Shown in pieces: positions 60,828 through 64,000 of a DNA stretch of 64,000 bases. Source of the DNA: Methyloceanibacter sp. (GTDB lineage: Bacteria > Pseudomonadota > Alphaproteobacteria > Rhizobiales > Methyloligellaceae); contig JARFRF010000138.1 of the NCBI GenBank assembly GCA_029287395.1, positions 20,752 through 84,751 on the forward strand, in the 5' to 3' direction. Every line of letters starts with the position of its first letter. The first letter of the stretch is position 1. The notes under the pieces were generated by a model. It was not told the origin of the DNA. It searched no databases and was given only the letters and a program-made list of their open reading frames with translations. The position numbers were made by a program, and so were the translations under genes.

Positions 60828-60925
60828 GATTTGCGAAAATCCGCCTGAAACCGAAGTTCGCGGTCGCAATCTGATCAAAGTCCTGCGGCTAGTTAACTGG
60901 CATTGAGAACCACGCCCAGGCATTA

Positions 60926-61729
60926 GTGGAGCCAGGTGTACATAAATTGACGAACGTAGTGGCATACGAGGCGAACGCCGCAGGCGCCCGCGGGCGTCAT
61001 AAGGTTCGTACGGCCAACGAGCGCGCTAAAGCGATGCGGAGTGCGAAGCGCCACAGCATGCTCGTCCGTATTCTGCGCAAGGTGCTACCGGTGCTCGCCG
61101 TTCTCGTTCTTGGCGCCTATTTCTTCTCCACACGGATGAACGTTCATGTGGGCGGCATCACTGCAAGCATTGATGGTCTTGAGGTCACCGACGGTGCCTT
61201 GCGGATGCTAAATCCAACGATGCGCGGGACCGACAAGAAGAACGGCGACTATGTCATCAAGGCCGACTACGCGGACCAGGATGTCGAGAGCCCGAACCTC
61301 GTAAAGCTCACCGCGATCAAGGCCGACGTGGCGAACAAATCGAATGGGAGCTGGTCGCGCATGCGGGCTGTGCGAGGCAAATTCGACTCGAAGAAGGAAC
61401 GGCTAATTCTCAAAGACCAGATCACATTGGCCACAAGTGCAGGTCTGACGGGAGAGCTTTCCTACGCGACAATCGACATGAAGAAACAGATCTTGCGATC
61501 GCATAACCCGGTCGCGCTCGACTTGCCGAATGGGACCGTTCGGGCAAATGCGATGACGCTTTACTCCGAGCGGAACAAGATTGTCTTCCGTGGGAGCGTG
61601 GCGGTCCATCTCCAGCCTCGTAAGGGCTCCGCTGCTGCTCCAACGGAGACGCCGGCGTCAACAACGGTGTCTGAGACGGTGGGTGATCCGGCTTCGGCCC
61701 AAGTGGAAACCATTGGGGCCGCGCCATGA
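60926..61729 (+). CDS. lptC: LPS export ABC transporter protein LptC
   Basis: A.RHS..VR.LR..LP, TM helix, beta-jellyroll, F.G.V; upstream of lptA/lptB. Confidence 0.85.
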   Translation: MEPGVHKLTNVVAYEANAAGARGRHKVRTANERAKAMRSAKRHSMLVRILRKVLPVLAVLVLGAYFFSTRMNVHVGGITASIDGLEVTDGALRMLNPTMRGTDKKNGDYVIKADYADQDVESPNLVKLTAIKADVANKSNGSWSRMRAVRGKFDSKKERLILKDQITLATSAGLTGELSYATIDMKKQILRSHNPVALDLPNGTVRANAMTLYSERNKIVFRGSVAVHLQPRKGSAAAPTETPASTTVSETVGDPASAQVETIGAAP

Positions 61730-62487
61730 CCGTCCGATCTGTAGTTTGGATCTTTGCTGCGGTTTCGATTGGGGTCGGAGCACTTGTGCCGCAGCCCGCG
61801 TCAGGGCAGGCCGCCAAAAAAAGCGCGTTCGGGAGCCTTTCGAAGAACTCGAATAAGCCAATCGATATTCTCGCCGATCTGCTCACTATCTACGACAACC
61901 GGAAACTCGCCGTGTTCCAGGGCAATGTGCGGGCCAGCCAGGGTTCATCAACTTTGCAGGCGGCTCAGCTCGACGTGCATTACACGGGCGGGGCGAAGGC
62001 ATTCACTGGTCAGGGCGATCCGAACCAGGGAACGGCCCAAAGTCCGGCTCAGCCCGCTGCCGGCCAGGCCGACGACTCGCAGATCAAGAAGATTGTGGCC
62101 AGCGGTAACGTCTTGCTCAACAGTGAGGACAACCAAACGACGAAGGCTGATCAGCTCGTTTACGATGTGCCCAAACAGCAGGTGACGGTGCGCGGGAATG
62201 TGGTCATCAACAACGAAGAAGATCAGACGACGACAGGCGATTGGGCCATTTATGACGTCGTAGGGCGGAAAGCCGTGGTCGGCGGCAATGTGGTGTTATC
62301 CCAGGGGCAGAACGTGCTAAAGGGTGACCGGCTTAACATCAATCTGGCGACTGGAGAAAGCCGGTTTGCGAATACCGGCACAACAGAGGATGGCAGTCGC
62401 CGCATACGCGCCCTGCTTCTCCCGAGGGAAGTCGAGAAAAAGCCTGCCGAGGGGACGAATAACCCAGGCGGGGCTGCTGCGCAGTAG
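61726..62487 (+). CDS. lptA: LptA/OstA-family periplasmic LPS transport protein
   Basis: Signal peptide, PIDI.AD, F.GNV.A.QG, GNVVL.QG.NVL.G. Confidence 0.88.
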   Translation: MTVRSVVWIFAAVSIGVGALVPQPASGQAAKKSAFGSLSKNSNKPIDILADLLTIYDNRKLAVFQGNVRASQGSSTLQAAQLDVHYTGGAKAFTGQGDPNQGTAQSPAQPAAGQADDSQIKKIVASGNVLLNSEDNQTTKADQLVYDVPKQQVTVRGNVVINNEEDQTTTGDWAIYDVVGRKAVVGGNVVLSQGQNVLKGDRLNINLATGESRFANTGTTEDGSRRIRALLLPREVEKKPAEGTNNPGGAAAQ

Positions 62488-62681
62488 TCGTGTATTCTTA
62501 GTCTTGCTGGGCGGTCTTACGACGCGCGGGTATGCAGAAGGTGCCTCTGCGCGTCCCTGTGCCGCGCGGTGCCACGATCACGAATGTCACAGAATTGGAT
62601 TTCAGGGATTGTGATAGGATTGCGCATATACTTTAGCCGGTTTGTGCTGCAGTACGCTCCAACTCAAGGGTTACAGGATTA

Positions 62682-63791
62682 GTGAGCAAAGTGCTCTCGA
62701 TACCAGGCCAAGGGGCGGTCTCCGCGACGCAAGGCGCGTCCGTTGAGGCGCAGTCTGCCCGAGCTCCGCGCGTGACCCCGGCCAATCCGGCCCCGCGCGC
62801 GCAGCAGGATCGACAGACCCATCCGGGGCAAACTCCTCAGCCAGCCCCTCCTGCGCAACCTGGCCAAGCACAGCGTACCGAAAAGACATCTCCACCAGGC
62901 CATGCGGCGCCGCAGTGGCAACCAGTCGCTCCAGCCGATCCGCAGCCCCGCGCCGCACCGGAGGGACAGCCAACGCCACCCCCACTGCCATCAGCACAGC
63001 CGAATGCGCAGCAGCCTGCCCCGAAGCCGTCCCATACCGCCTCGTCGCAGGCGTTGCATGAGCCCGGCGAGGGGTGGTTGACCATCCGCGCGATCGTCAA
63101 GAGCTTCAAGAAGCGCACGGTTGTTCGAGGCGTGAGCCTGGATGTCCGGCGCGGGGAGGCCGTCGGTCTTCTGGGGCCAAACGGGGCGGGCAAGACAACG
63201 ACGTTCTATATGATTACTGGGCTCATTCCGGCTGACGAGGGGTCCATCAAGATCGATGGACAGGACGTGACGCGGCTGCCCATGTATCGCCGCGCCCGGC
63301 TTGGGATTGGTTATTTGCCGCAGGAGGCATCCATTTTTCGCGGCCTGACCGTCCAGGAGAACATTCTTGCGGTTCTGGAAACAGTGGAGCCCAACAAGAA
63401 GGCGCGACACGAACAGCTCGATGCCTTGCTTGAAGAATTTCGCATAACGCGGCTGCGAGACTCGCCGTCCATGCGCTTGTCGGGTGGCGAGCGTCGTCGC
63501 GTCGAGATTGCACGCGCACTGGCTACTAGACCATCTTACATGCTGCTCGACGAGCCTTTCGCTGGCATTGATCCGATTGCGGTCAATGACATTCGCGCGC
63601 TCGTTCGGCATCTCACACAGCGCGGCATTGGCGTTTTGATCACCGATCACAATGTTCGCGAGACACTCGACCTCGTGGGCCGGGCCTATATCATTCACGA
63701 CGGGTCGGTCTTGACCCATGGAACCACCCACGAGATCGTGAACAACGATGACGTACGACGCGTCTACCTGGGCGACGATTTCAGAATATAG
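62682..63791 (+). CDS. lptB: LPS export ABC transporter ATP-binding protein LptB with Pro/Gln-rich N-terminal extension
   Basis: GLLGPNGAGKTT, YLPQEASIF, LSGGERRR, LDEPFAGIDP, ITDHNVRE, YLG. Confidence 0.95.
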   Translation: MSKVLSIPGQGAVSATQGASVEAQSARAPRVTPANPAPRAQQDRQTHPGQTPQPAPPAQPGQAQRTEKTSPPGHAAPQWQPVAPADPQPRAAPEGQPTPPPLPSAQPNAQQPAPKPSHTASSQALHEPGEGWLTIRAIVKSFKKRTVVRGVSLDVRRGEAVGLLGPNGAGKTTTFYMITGLIPADEGSIKIDGQDVTRLPMYRRARLGIGYLPQEASIFRGLTVQENILAVLETVEPNKKARHEQLDALLEEFRITRLRDSPSMRLSGGERRRVEIARALATRPSYMLLDEPFAGIDPIAVNDIRALVRHLTQRGIGVLITDHNVRETLDLVGRAYIIHDGSVLTHGTTHEIVNNDDVRRVYLGDDFRI

Positions 63792-63817
63792 GTCCCTGAT
63801 CGCGAGTGAGTTTGTAG

Positions 63818-64000
63818 ATGGCGATCAACGCAAAGCTTGAACTGCGCCAAACCCAGAGTTTGGTGATGACGCCTCAGTTGCAGCAGGCGATCAAGCTTCT
63901 ACAACTTTCGAACATGGAGTTGAGCACGTTCGTTGAAGGAGAGCTTGAGAGGAATCCGCTGCTTGAGCGCGCCGAGGGCGATGATCTGGTCAGTCCGCCT
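63818..64000 (+). CDS. rpoN: RNA polymerase sigma-54 factor (5' part, runs off the window)
   Basis: Translates [35 protein letters not shown]...ELERNPLLE. Confidence 0.95.
   Translation, partial: MAINAKLELRQTQSLVMTPQLQQAIKLLQLSNMELSTFVEGELERNPLLERAEGDDLVSPP

Noticed and set aside
1-64000. CRISPR arrays, IS elements, prophage, rRNA, known riboswitches, defence systems
   Set aside because: No repeat-spacer arrays, transposase/integrase/phage motifs or recognisable consensus seen by eye; an Rfam/DefenseFinder scan would be needed to exclude divergent ones.

Overview
GC-rich chromosomal window from an alphaproteobacterium (Hyphomicrobiales, Methyloceanibacter/Hyphomicrobium-like; inferred from gene content and protein style). 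It is mostly housekeeping: alkB; hrcA-grpE; rph-rdgB-hemW; rsmI-yraN-gshB; mutS-glnD-murJ; trpS; usp-nfuA-rutE-tsaB-rimI-fur-olsA; lepA; infC-rpmI-rplT-pheS-pheT; fzlA-queG; uppP; rnd-lptC-lptA-lptB-rpoN; tRNA-Ser(GGA) and tRNA-Leu(CAG). I saw no transposase, integrase, prophage, CRISPR array or rRNA. Accessory stretches lie at about 20.4-25.8, 30.4-39.6, 41.6-45.5 and 50.5-54.3 kb. Strongest observations: (1) a 2.85-kb cassette (mepA, an L,D-transpeptidase and a Tat-exported beta-carbonic anhydrase homologue lacking a Zn-ligand Cys and the catalytic Arg) bracketed by a 38/39-bp inverted repeat that duplicates the last 10 codons of mepA; (2) an orphan TAXI-type binding protein probably co-transcribed with a membrane-anchored Sel1-like/SH3b protein behind a ~28% GC promoter patch; (3) a coiled-coil/disordered/winged-helix-like orphan protein with a motif-dense upstream region; (4) non-ATG starts (rph ATA, infC ATC) and unusual Lpt proteins. 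All family calls come from motif recognition by eye, not database searches.
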